This document shows, in pieces, positions 27,936 through 36,527 of a stretch of DNA of 42,978 nucleotides; position 1 is the stretch's first letter, and every line of letters begins with the position of its first letter. Made by a program: the position numbers and the translations under genes. The DNA is taken from assembly GCA_964576905.1 (NCBI GenBank), contig CAZNWG010000003.1:1-42978 (forward strand), given 5' to 3'. Under the pieces are notes generated by a model that was not told where the DNA came from, ran no database searches, and worked only from the letters and a program-made list of their open reading frames with translations. The DNA is from an uncultured Candidatus Saccharibacteria bacterium (GTDB lineage: Bacteria; Patescibacteriota; Minisyncoccia; Phycocordibacterales; UBA918).

Positions 27936-28021
27936 CCCGCGAGCGTATTCGACAGATTGAGGCAAAGGCACTCGAGAAGATACGCCAGCACGATAAGGCG
28001 CGGAGATTGAAGTCGTACTAG
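27936..28021 (+). repeat. Direct repeat B (86 nt): an orphan second copy of the rpoD 3' end, with no upstream rpoD sequence
   Basis: Encodes the same peptide (..[27 protein letters not shown]) as repeat A, using different codons for D, R, R, S and the stop. A REP hairpin and a terminator follow it. Confidence 0.95.
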
Positions 28022-28048
28022 AATTATGGACATCCGATGTCCATAATT
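28022..28048. repeat. REP-like palindromic element, copy 4 (core at 28026-28044)
   Basis: AATTATGGACATCCGATGTCCATAATT followed by TTTTT. It starts 1 nt after the TAG of repeat B. Confidence 0.9.
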
Positions 28049-28052
28049 TTTT

Positions 28053-28091
28053 AAAAACGCGCGGGTTGCCTTTGGCAATCCGCGCGTTTTC
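28053..28091 (+). terminator. Rho-independent terminator (native rpoD terminator)
   Basis: AAAACGCGCGGGTTGCC-ttt-GGCAATCCGCGCGTTTT, a 17-bp stem including one G-U pair. Confidence 0.8.
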
Positions 28092-28099
28092 GTGTGGCA

Positions 28100-28132
28100 A
28101 ACAAAAACCGCGCGATGCATTGCGCGGCTTTT
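28100..28132 (-). terminator. Rho-independent terminator for the minus-strand kinase-like gene
   Basis: On the minus strand: AAAAGCCGCGC-aatgcatc-GCGCGGTTTTTGTTTG. Confidence 0.75.
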
Positions 28133-28146
28133 CGGGTAGTACTTCA

Positions 28147-28809
28147 CTACTCAGTCACTACCTCTAGTTTCGGGAGGATATGTGCAAGTGCACAAGCAAG
28201 GATTTCCTCATCAGTGCCACTTGCGGGAATTCTTTTCACGCACTGTCTGGGATCTTTGGCGTATGTCTTGAAGGCTTCGCCCCAGAAAATCGCTCGTTCC
28301 CTCTGCGCCTCTTTGTCTGGACCATCTGGAATTGATTCCGGATCGACCTCCAAATAGAGGTAGATTGGGGGATAGATTCCCATGCCGAAGACGCACGCAC
28401 TGACGATTGCATCATGAAGTGCAATGAGCATCGTACGCATTTTTTCTGTCTTCGCTTGTGCCAGAGCATGGATAAGTACAGAGCCCCCGAAACCGACCAT
28501 TACGACCGGTGTGTTCTTGGTAAGGCAAGGCACGATATCTTCGATGATGATCAACACCAGGCGCGCCCAGAATAGAAATAGCTGGGCAATCGGATGAATG
28601 AAATCATTGAAAAGACCCATCTTTGAGATGGCTGTGATGCCCCTGACCACAGGATTGCCATTCTCCCCTTGGTGCGCCCCTGTGTCGAAGACAAAACTAC
28701 AATGGGACAATCGCGGATCTTCTTGCAGGCCTCTGCTGAGTGTCGATTTCTTATCGTGGCATGTTCCGACGATTGCGACAAACAGAGGGTTGTTAGTGCT
28801 GAGTGACAT
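28147..28809 (-). CDS. Thymidylate-kinase-like P-loop protein with degenerate motifs
   Basis: The overall layout resembles dTMP kinase (FVAIVGTCHDKKST.., LFLFWARL...IVPCL, YLYLEVDPE). However, Walker A reads GTCHDKKST rather than GxxGxGKST, and GFG replaces the DRY/DRF motif. A good SD (AGGGAG) sits upstream of the ATG. Confidence 0.6.
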   Translation of the reverse strand: MSLSTNNPLFVAIVGTCHDKKSTLSRGLQEDPRLSHCSFVFDTGAHQGENGNPVVRGITAISKMGLFNDFIHPIAQLFLFWARLVLIIIEDIVPCLTKNTPVVMVGFGGSVLIHALAQAKTEKMRTMLIALHDAIVSACVFGMGIYPPIYLYLEVDPESIPDGPDKEAQRERAIFWGEAFKTYAKDPRQCVKRIPASGTDEEILACALAHILPKLEVVTE

Positions 28810-28928
28810 GAATGCTCCCTTTCAAGGAATGCAGGTTATGAAATGTAGAACAAAAAACCAACCGCCATCATACTCCTCTCCGTGAATGCGTCAATCTTCA
28901 CTATTCACCGTATATGTGTGTAATGTGA

Positions 28929-28960
28929 GCAAAAAATGGCGCTCCATCTCGCGCCATTTT
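28929..28960 (-). terminator. Rho-independent terminator after the antiporter gene
   Basis: AAAATGGCGC-8 nt-GCGCCATTTT, with a T-run on the minus strand. Confidence 0.7.
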
Positions 28961-28980
28961 GTTGTTCTGATCCAACACGA

Positions 28981-31077
28981 CTACGCCTTCGTATGCTCCT
29001 TTTCGAGACGTTCGAGGAGTGCAATGGATACCTTGGGTGTCACCATAGCGCGCTCCTTCAGGTGTTCGAGAATATCTGTTTCAATTGAGTAGAGTGCGTG
29101 GCGGGTGAGTGATGCGTCAATCGTATCGAAGAGTCGGATATTGTCTTTTCGGAGTTCTTCCATTTTCATCGTGGAACCCTCGCGGAATGTTTCGTACACC
29201 TTGATGACATCAGTGACCGCTCTGTGTGGGGCCTCCGAGACAATCTCAAAACACGCGCTCAAGCGACGAAGCTCTTTGAGGACCTTCCGTGAAATGATGG
29301 CGAGTGCGCGGTAGTAGAGGTACTCATCCTGTACCCGCTCATCTTCCGACATCTTCCGCCACGAGAAGAAGCGGAGCCACCCGGCGAGAGTTTCAAACAC
29401 GTCGAGCGCACCGCCGTGCTCATAGCGCGTGTCATATATGTCACGCTCTATGGCATCACTCTGGTAGTCAATTTTTGCCATCACCCGTCGTATGACACGC
29501 TCAGGCACCTCGTTCGTGGCGTAGAGTCTCCTGATAGACCTCCGCTCTATTCCCATGGCGTACAGTCGGATGACCTTCACGAAGATAAGTGGGTCATTCG
29601 TGTACTGTTCCAATTCTGCAAATGTCGTGCGCATGTACGCGTGTTGCTCCTTGGCGAGCGTCACGTACGCCTGCGGGGTGATGTAGTCCTTATCGGCGAG
29701 CTCTTTGAGTTTGCGGAGCGTCGTGTCGTAGATGTAGATGAGCATCTCTCGGTAATTGATTTCCTCAACTTTCGTGAAGTGGTTGAGTTTCATCTTTCCC
29801 ATGAGCCATCCAATCGTGGTTGCCTTGATGAAGAGTGTCGCGAATACACAGCTCACGGTGACCGCGAGTATGAACTCTTTCGGGGTGAAGAGGTAGTTCC
29901 AATTCGGGAAGGAGAGCGTGTCGGGTATCATGAGCACCATGGTGACCGCGAGCGCACCGCGCAAGCTCCCCCACGAGAGTACGTGTTGCCATGCGCGGGG
30001 AATGCGCTTCTCTGGTGTACTGAAAAAGTTGAATATCGCGACGACGGGGTAGATGGAGAGCGCCCGCGCGGTTGCAACGATAAAGATGGTGACTGCTATC
30101 GGAACCATGAGCGAGTACGTTGCGGGTGGTAGGGTGACCGCGAGCATACCGATCATGATGAAGATGAGCGAATTGGCGAGGAACGCAAATTGACTCCAGT
30201 ACTTCTCCACAAATTCTGCTCCATTCACGGGGATTTTGTACCGGCCGTAGTTTCCCATGAGGAGTGACGCAACGGCAGTCGCAATGATTGACGAGAGGAT
30301 GATGTGCTGGCCACCGATTGTGACGTGGTGCGAGAAGAGTTCTGCACAGATGAAGGTCGTGTGTGCCAAGACCATAGTGAGTGTGATTGAGGCAAACTCA
30401 TTGCTCCGCGTGTACCCGATCAGTTTTGCAAACGCCCCACCGAAGATGAGTCCGAAGAGAATACCCCCAAACACCATGATGGCAAACGAGAGGGTACCGT
30501 GGAGGATGTCCTCGGCACCGTATACGCCCGTCTCTGCTATCGCGAGCACGACGAGGAAGAGCGCGACACCGGTACCGTCGTTGAAGATGCTCTCCCCCTC
30601 AAAGATGAGCGAGAGGCGTCGCGGAGCGCCATACTCCTTGAAGAGTGCCAAGACCGCAACCGGGTCGGTTGCTGAAATGATGGCACCGAAGGTGAGCGAG
30701 AGGAGGAAGGGAATATCAAACCCAACCAAGGTGAGTACGGTATCGAGACCAAATCCGATGAGGAGTGCAGACACAAGCAAGCTCACAACGGAGAGTGTAC
30801 TAATAATCACCGCATCCTGCGTGAGGTGTTTGATGTTGATGTTGTACGCGGACTCAAAAATGAGTATCGGGAGGAAAATAAAAAAGAGGAGCTCAGGAGT
30901 CAGTGACAAATCGTCAATGAAACCGAGGTAGGGGAGTGAGGCAAGGGAACCGAGTACGACACCTATGGCAACGAGGAATACGGTATGCGGGACCTTGATT
31001 CGCTGTGCGATAAAGAGTGAGATACTCGATATCGCGAGCATAAGAAAAAGTGCAAGTGCTGATTCTACGGTAAGCAT
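28981..31077 (-). CDS. Monovalent cation:proton antiporter (CPA1/NhaP-type) with a long C-terminal cytoplasmic domain
   Basis: About 400 aa of multi-TM sequence with Na+/H+-exchanger-like motifs (FLPILIFESA, ISATDPVAVLALFK, GESIFNDGTGV), followed by about 280 aa of soluble helical region. Confidence 0.85.
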   Translation of the reverse strand: MLTVESALALFLMLAISSISLFIAQRIKVPHTVFLVAIGVVLGSLASLPYLGFIDDLSLTPELLFFIFLPILIFESAYNINIKHLTQDAVIISTLSVVSLLVSALLIGFGLDTVLTLVGFDIPFLLSLTFGAIISATDPVAVLALFKEYGAPRRLSLIFEGESIFNDGTGVALFLVVLAIAETGVYGAEDILHGTLSFAIMVFGGILFGLIFGGAFAKLIGYTRSNEFASITLTMVLAHTTFICAELFSHHVTIGGQHIILSSIIATAVASLLMGNYGRYKIPVNGAEFVEKYWSQFAFLANSLIFIMIGMLAVTLPPATYSLMVPIAVTIFIVATARALSIYPVVAIFNFFSTPEKRIPRAWQHVLSWGSLRGALAVTMVLMIPDTLSFPNWNYLFTPKEFILAVTVSCVFATLFIKATTIGWLMGKMKLNHFTKVEEINYREMLIYIYDTTLRKLKELADKDYITPQAYVTLAKEQHAYMRTTFAELEQYTNDPLIFVKVIRLYAMGIERRSIRRLYATNEVPERVIRRVMAKIDYQSDAIERDIYDTRYEHGGALDVFETLAGWLRFFSWRKMSEDERVQDEYLYYRALAIISRKVLKELRRLSACFEIVSEAPHRAVTDVIKVYETFREGSTMKMEELRKDNIRLFDTIDASLTRHALYSIETDILEHLKERAMVTPKVSIALLERLEKEHTKA

Positions 31078-31160
31078 AGGATGAGTATGTTATAAATGGG
31101 AAAAAATAAATAAATAAACATACACACAAGTGGTGTATGAGAAAGGACAGAGAACTCACC

Positions 31161-31628
31161 CTAACTCGCACTGTGAGTATCTCGAATACCGAGATACTTT
31201 GCAAGGATATGCTTGAGCCCGCGACGAGATATGACTCCGATGGGGCGGTCGTCGTGGTCGACAATGGGGATGTGTGCTGTCTGGTGCGCGATTGCAATTC
31301 CGGCGATGGTGATGAGTGAATCATCGACGTGCACGGACTGAAAATCGGTGTTCATGAAATCGCGCACTTCTTTTTCTGACGCGTCTTGCACTGCCATCTC
31401 AAAGAGTTCCTCAGTTCCGAGTCGCTTCATGACATGATCACCGTCTAAATTGGTGGGAACGATAGCGTCAAGCAAATCGGGCACGTTTACCTCCCCGACG
31501 AGCGCGCCACCTTCACCCACGACGAGGAGGGAATTGGTCTGTTTTTTCATCATGAGCGCGATTGCATCACGAAACGTCGCATCTTCCGAGATGAGAACCG
31601 CCTCTTTTGTAATATCGCGTATCTCCAT
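31161..31628 (-). CDS. CBS-domain pair protein
   Basis: Two CBS-like repeats (..SLLVVGEGGALVGEVNVPDLL.. and ..HIPIVDHDDRPIGVISRRGL..). I trimmed the ORF track start (31772) to the ATG at 31626-31628. Confidence 0.75.
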   Translation of the reverse strand: MEIRDITKEAVLISEDATFRDAIALMMKKQTNSLLVVGEGGALVGEVNVPDLLDAIVPTNLDGDHVMKRLGTEELFEMAVQDASEKEVRDFMNTDFQSVHVDDSLITIAGIAIAHQTAHIPIVDHDDRPIGVISRRGLKHILAKYLGIRDTHSAS

Positions 31629-31820
31629 ATACAAAAATGATACTCTCCTTTGGTAGATTGTAAAGAGTATCGAAATGTGGTGTACAGCATCGTACGCCAG
31701 TCGTTGCACTGCACAAATGTGCAACTTACGATGTTGCACATTTTGGATATGTCGATATTCATAATCAGACATCTGAAGGTGGCAATGTTTTTTGAGGATA
31801 CTTTTCTGTATAATACCGTA

Positions 31821-34820
31821 ATGAACGAATCATTATTTTTGGAGGCGTACAATCGGCTCAATCCAGAGCAAAAGCGAGCCGTGGATACCATTGAAGGACC
31901 CGTGATGGTGATTGCGGGCCCGGGGACGGGGAAGACCCAGATACTCACCTTGCGCATAGCGCATATTTTGCGCACAACGGACACACAGCCAGAAAGTATT
32001 TTGGCACTCACGTTTACAGAAAGCGGTGCACGTGCAATGCGTGCACGTCTCCATACCTACATTGGTGCATCATCCTACCGAGTCCACATTCATACATTTC
32101 ACGAATTTGCCGGTTCACTCATCCGCCAGTATCCCGATGCATACGAACGCGCAGTGGGTGGTAGGCCTGCATCCGATCTCGAGAAGATTGGTATCATTGA
32201 GGAAATTATTGAAACAGGCGGAATACATGCGCTTCGCCCACACGGGAACCCCGAGTACTACATAAAGCCCATCATGGGAGCACTCGCACTCCTCAAGCGT
32301 GAGTACATTACCCCAGATGTGTTTACAGCCATCATTGCTGAGCAGGAAGCAGAACTCGCGAAGACACCACAATTCCATGAGAAAGGTGCACACAAGGGAA
32401 AAGTGCGAAGCGAGTATCAAAAACGAGAAAAAGAGGTGCTCAAGAATAAAGAATTACTGTACGTGTATCGTGCGTATGATGCGCTCCTCACCGACCGAAA
32501 CCTCTACGATTTTGAAGATATGATATTTGAGACCGTACGTGCACTCGAGCGCAACGAAGACATGCTCAGGGATTTGCAGGAGCGATTTTTGTACATCCTT
32601 GCTGATGAACATCAAGATGTAAACGGAAGTCAAAATCGAATTCTTGAACTGCTCGCCTCATTTCATGACCGCCCCAATCTTTTTGTCGTCGGAGATGAAA
32701 AACAAGCAATTTTTCGTTTTCAGGGAGCATCATTAGAAAATTTTCTGTATTTTGAGGAACAGTTTCCGCACACAGAAACAATCGCGCTCACGACGAATTA
32801 CCGTTCTGTACAACAGGTACTTGATCTTGCACACACACTCATCACACAAGTGGAGAGCCCCGCAATGGCACTCCGTGTACCGCTTACTGCGAGCACCCAC
32901 GCTGAAGGGAGTATTGAGAAGCGCATTTTTGGACATGAAGCGGTTGAGGATGAGAGTATTGTTGCACAAATCGTAGCACTTGTGGATGCAGGAGTACCGA
33001 GAGAAGAGATTGCAATTATCGTGCGAAGCAATAGAGAAGTAGAGCTTTTTGCGAGTCTGCTTCGTAAGAAAGAGCTTCCGGTCAGTGCCACAGCCGAGGG
33101 TGATATTCTCTATCATCCGCTCACGATTCAGGTGCGTACGATGCTTACTGCGGTACTGGAGCCGGGGAATGAGGAAGCACTTTTTGTGCTCCTCCATGCA
33201 CCATACTGGGGTTTTGCGCATGGTGATTTGGTACACGTGCTCCGTGCACGTTCGTATGCGCGCCCACTTGCACGAATCATTGCAGATGGAGAAATACTGA
33301 GTACGCTTGGACTTCAGCATGCAGTACGCTTCACACACGTTGCCGAAATACTTGAAGGTGCGCGCGCTCGAATGACACACGAGGCACCACATCGCGTTCT
33401 CGAATATGTGCTTCGCGAGAGCGGATGTATCAATCATCTTATGGCCAATGATCCACTTGAAGGAGGACGTGTCGTCCGGCGTCTCTATGATGAGATTGAG
33501 TCGATGGTCCGTACGCACGAAACAACAACGCTTCGTGATATTACAACAATGTTTGCTACACGGAGTGCTCACAAGTTACCCTTGAATGCGCCCTATATAC
33601 ATACAAACACACACGCGGTACAGGTAATGACCGCACACAAGTCGAAAGGGCTTGAGTTTGCGCATGTCTTTGTACCCCACCTCACTGATGCCCACTGGGG
33701 CGATACATCGCGAGCATCACTGTTTCGCATACCTATTACCAAACACATTCGTGATGAGGGATTTGATGAACTCGACGATGAGCGCAAGCTACTTTACGTA
33801 GCAATGACGCGTGCAAAGGAAGGATTGCACCTCTCTCATGCACTTCAAAACAGTGACGGACGACCATTCACGGAGTCACCACTTACCGTCGATCTTTCGC
33901 CCGCGCTCTATACCGTATGTGATACGCTCGCTGAAGAAGAGTCATTTGATGCTCTCGAACGTCTTGCTCATGAGGAAATGCAGGCATCAATTGATACATC
34001 ATTGCTTACACAGTCACTCAGTGAGCGGGGTCTCTCTGCTACATCTCTCAACAATTATCTCAAAAGTCCGTGGACATACCTCTATCGCAATGTACTTCGT
34101 ATTCCTGAGTTACAAGAGGAGAGTGCACTCTTTGGAACGGCGCTCCACAATACGCTGTGTCGCATAACGACGTACCGTACCCAGTGTGGAGACATACCCT
34201 CTCTAACCCACATGAAAGAATACCTTGAGCAGGAACTGAGCAAGCTCCCCCTCACGGTACATGAATTCACACGCCTTCTCGAACGGGGTTTTGAAGCACT
34301 GACGATGTATCTCGGTACTGTGACATCCGAGCTTCCCCCACGTACGCGCGAAGAGGTGCACCTCGAAGCGCGCCTTAGGACGGGTATTGATACATTTCCG
34401 GAGGTGCTCCTTACCGGTAATCTTGACCGGCTCGACTACGATGCTGACGGAATGCTTATCCGCGTCGTTGATTACAAGTCGGGGAAGCCAAAGACACGGG
34501 GATATATAGAGGGAACGACAAAAGACTCTACGGGGGACTATAAGCGTCAGCTCACGTTCTATGCGCTCCTCCTCTCGCTTCAGAACGATGATAGACTGCA
34601 TACCAAAAATGGTTTGCTCTCTTTTGTAGAGGCAGATCCGAAGGGGAAGATACACGAAGAGCCCTATACTATTACCGATGAAGAAATAAGCGCACTTAAA
34701 GATGAAATACTTCGTGTCGTGAATGAAATAACACACGGCGCGTTTCTGAACGCGCCGTGTGACCCAGAACAGTGTGACTACTGTCACCTTGTTGCGGAAC
34801 TTCGATTACCGCTTAGTTGA
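31821..34820 (+). CDS. UvrD/PcrA-family helicase fused to a C-terminal PD-(D/E)XK (AddB/Cas4-like) nuclease domain
   Basis: Helicase motifs (AGPGTGKTQ, DEHQDVN, TAHKSKGLEF, YVAMTRAK). C-terminal nuclease-like region DRLDY...VVDYKSGK...QLTFYALL, ending in the Cys cluster CDPEQCDYC. I trimmed the start to the ATG at 31821. Confidence 0.85.
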   Translation: MNESLFLEAYNRLNPEQKRAVDTIEGPVMVIAGPGTGKTQILTLRIAHILRTTDTQPESILALTFTESGARAMRARLHTYIGASSYRVHIHTFHEFAGSLIRQYPDAYERAVGGRPASDLEKIGIIEEIIETGGIHALRPHGNPEYYIKPIMGALALLKREYITPDVFTAIIAEQEAELAKTPQFHEKGAHKGKVRSEYQKREKEVLKNKELLYVYRAYDALLTDRNLYDFEDMIFETVRALERNEDMLRDLQERFLYILADEHQDVNGSQNRILELLASFHDRPNLFVVGDEKQAIFRFQGASLENFLYFEEQFPHTETIALTTNYRSVQQVLDLAHTLITQVESPAMALRVPLTASTHAEGSIEKRIFGHEAVEDESIVAQIVALVDAGVPREEIAIIVRSNREVELFASLLRKKELPVSATAEGDILYHPLTIQVRTMLTAVLEPGNEEALFVLLHAPYWGFAHGDLVHVLRARSYARPLARIIADGEILSTLGLQHAVRFTHVAEILEGARARMTHEAPHRVLEYVLRESGCINHLMANDPLEGGRVVRRLYDEIESMVRTHETTTLRDITTMFATRSAHKLPLNAPYIHTNTHAVQVMTAHKSKGLEFAHVFVPHLTDAHWGDTSRASLFRIPITKHIRDEGFDELDDERKLLYVAMTRAKEGLHLSHALQNSDGRPFTESPLTVDLSPALYTVCDTLAEEESFDALERLAHEEMQASIDTSLLTQSLSERGLSATSLNNYLKSPWTYLYRNVLRIPELQEESALFGTALHNTLCRITTYRTQCGDIPSLTHMKEYLEQELSKLPLTVHEFTRLLERGFEALTMYLGTVTSELPPRTREEVHLEARLRTGIDTFPEVLLTGNLDRLDYDADGMLIRVVDYKSGKPKTRGYIEGTTKDSTGDYKRQLTFYALLLSLQNDDRLHTKNGLLSFVEADPKGKIHEEPYTITDEEISALKDEILRVVNEITHGAFLNAPCDPEQCDYCHLVAELRLPLS

Positions 34821-35604
34821 TTTCTACTGGTTTCGTATCGCCACCACTCAGCTGTGTGAGCATGGTGTCTATCATTTGCTTCACGACCGCATACGGTTGT
34901 GCACCATCAATAACACCCTGTTGGTCACCCACAATCATGACTGAGTATGGGGTCCCCTTCGCACCTGCTTTTACTGCCGCTTTAATGTCTGCGGAGATTT
35001 TGTCATTGTACTTATCTGAACCGACACACTCATTGAACTTTGTTTTATCCGCCCCCGCCTTTTCAGCATACTCGGGGAGCTTGGTGATGTTTGTCGGTTC
35101 ATTGGTGCCACGATCGCTAATGACGGAGTCAGCAAATTTCCAGAACGCATCGTTGCCTCCAAGCCATGCCACACATTCCGATGCAGCGGCAATTTTTGGT
35201 GCATTCGGATGCAGTTGCTGGAGCGGGAACTGGCGGTATACCCATGCCACTTTGCCATCCTTGCCATACTCAGCCATGATACGTTGCATTGTTTGGTGGA
35301 AGTTTTTACAGAAAGGACACTCAAAGTCGGAATACTCAACAATCATAATCGGTGCATTGGGGTTTCCGAGTATGTGGTCCTCTTTGGTAACCGGTGCAAC
35401 CACAATCTCTTTCGTTTCTTGTTCAGCTGGATTCTTCTGGTTTCCTATTTGAATTGGATTGCCATTTTTTCCTCCAAAGACAATCGCTCCAGCAATAATG
35501 ACTGCTGCAATAACAATAGCAATCGGTACACCGAGTGACCCACCACGTGGTGTTTGTGGAGTAGGTGCGGGAGATGGTTGATTTTGTGTTGTGTTCTCAT
35601 TCAT
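34813..35604 (-). CDS. DsbA-family thiol:disulfide oxidoreductase, membrane-anchored
   Basis: An N-terminal TM helix, a thioredoxin-fold CPFC active site and DsbA-like spacing. ATG at 35602-35604; the ORF track uses an upstream TTG at 35625. Confidence 0.8.
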   Translation of the reverse strand: MNENTTQNQPSPAPTPQTPRGGSLGVPIAIVIAAVIIAGAIVFGGKNGNPIQIGNQKNPAEQETKEIVVAPVTKEDHILGNPNAPIMIVEYSDFECPFCKNFHQTMQRIMAEYGKDGKVAWVYRQFPLQQLHPNAPKIAAASECVAWLGGNDAFWKFADSVISDRGTNEPTNITKLPEYAEKAGADKTKFNECVGSDKYNDKISADIKAAVKAGAKGTPYSVMIVGDQQGVIDGAQPYAVVKQMIDTMLTQLSGGDTKPVEIN

Positions 35605-35680
35605 ACGTAAAGAAAAATTGTCCAATAATTATTGGAAAAGTATACCATAGTCAATATTCACCGTGCTATACTTCAGAAAT

Positions 35681-36490
35681 ATGGATATTCTTGCAAGTGG
35701 CGTTCTCGGTTTTGTACAGGGTATTACGGAATTTTTGCCGGTATCTTCGACAGGACACCTCGTGCTTATCCACACTGTTTTGGGAGTTGAGACGGATTCG
35801 TCGCTCGCCTTCGATGCGGTACTGCACCTCGCTACCGCTCTCGCAGTCGTGGTGTATTTCTTTGATGAGATATGTGTGCTCGTACAGGCACTCCTACGCA
35901 AGCTCGGTCGTCTCCCCGTGAATGAAAAGGATATTTTGATTGTGAAAGCACTCGCGATTGGTACTATCCCCGCAGTGATTATGGGGGTACTTCTTGAATC
36001 ATACATGGATGCGCTTTTCCGTAATCCAATACTCATTGCAGTAGTACTCATTTTGGGTTCCTTTTTCTTTATGTACGCAGAGTATGTGTATGACAACAAT
36101 TTTCACACCGGTGAAATAGATACCGCTACTGGTTTCAAGATAGGTCTTTTTCAAACACTCGCACTCATCCCCGGTATGTCACGCTCAGGCGCAACTATTG
36201 CCGGAGGGATGCTTCTTGGACTCAGCCGGAGTGATGCTGCACGGTTTTCATTCCTCCTCGCACTTCCTATCATTCTCGGAGCAGGTGCAAAAAAAATTCT
36301 TGAGCTCATCTCATCAGATATGCTCGTCGATTGGGTATCGGTCTGTGTGGGTGCACTCGTTGCGTTTGCTGTCGGCCTCGTGGCAATTCATTTCATGATA
36401 ACTTTTGTGCGCAAGTATTCACTTTGGCCATTCATCTGGTACCGCATTACGCTCGCGTGCTTCGTCCTCTTTGTCGCGTTTTTCGGATAG
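35681..36490 (+). CDS. uppP: Undecaprenyl-diphosphate phosphatase
   Basis: BacA/UppP motifs (QGITEFLPVSSTGHL, PGMSRSGATI). I trimmed the start to the ATG at 35681. Confidence 0.9.
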   Translation: MDILASGVLGFVQGITEFLPVSSTGHLVLIHTVLGVETDSSLAFDAVLHLATALAVVVYFFDEICVLVQALLRKLGRLPVNEKDILIVKALAIGTIPAVIMGVLLESYMDALFRNPILIAVVLILGSFFFMYAEYVYDNNFHTGEIDTATGFKIGLFQTLALIPGMSRSGATIAGGMLLGLSRSDAARFSFLLALPIILGAGAKKILELISSDMLVDWVSVCVGALVAFAVGLVAIHFMITFVRKYSLWPFIWYRITLACFVLFVAFFG

Positions 36491-36527
36491 CTTTGGATTA
36501 TGCGTTGAACACTGCACGAGTACAATT

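Noticed and set aside
27914-28021. The TGA stop of the DUF2335-like ORF is in the same frame as orphan rpoD repeat B, which suggests a readthrough fusion or TGA recoding.
   Set aside because: TGA clearly acts as a stop elsewhere in this window (nusB fusion, rnc), so an alternative genetic code is unlikely. Frame agreement has a one-in-three chance, and no recoding signal is evident.
27932-28147. ORFs 27932..28147(-) and 39326..39817(-), with peptides such as NYGHRMSI and MDIRCPY.
   Set aside because: They begin at or run through the ATG-containing arms of REP palindromes and cross terminators or well-supported genes. They are ORF-caller artefacts of the repeat.
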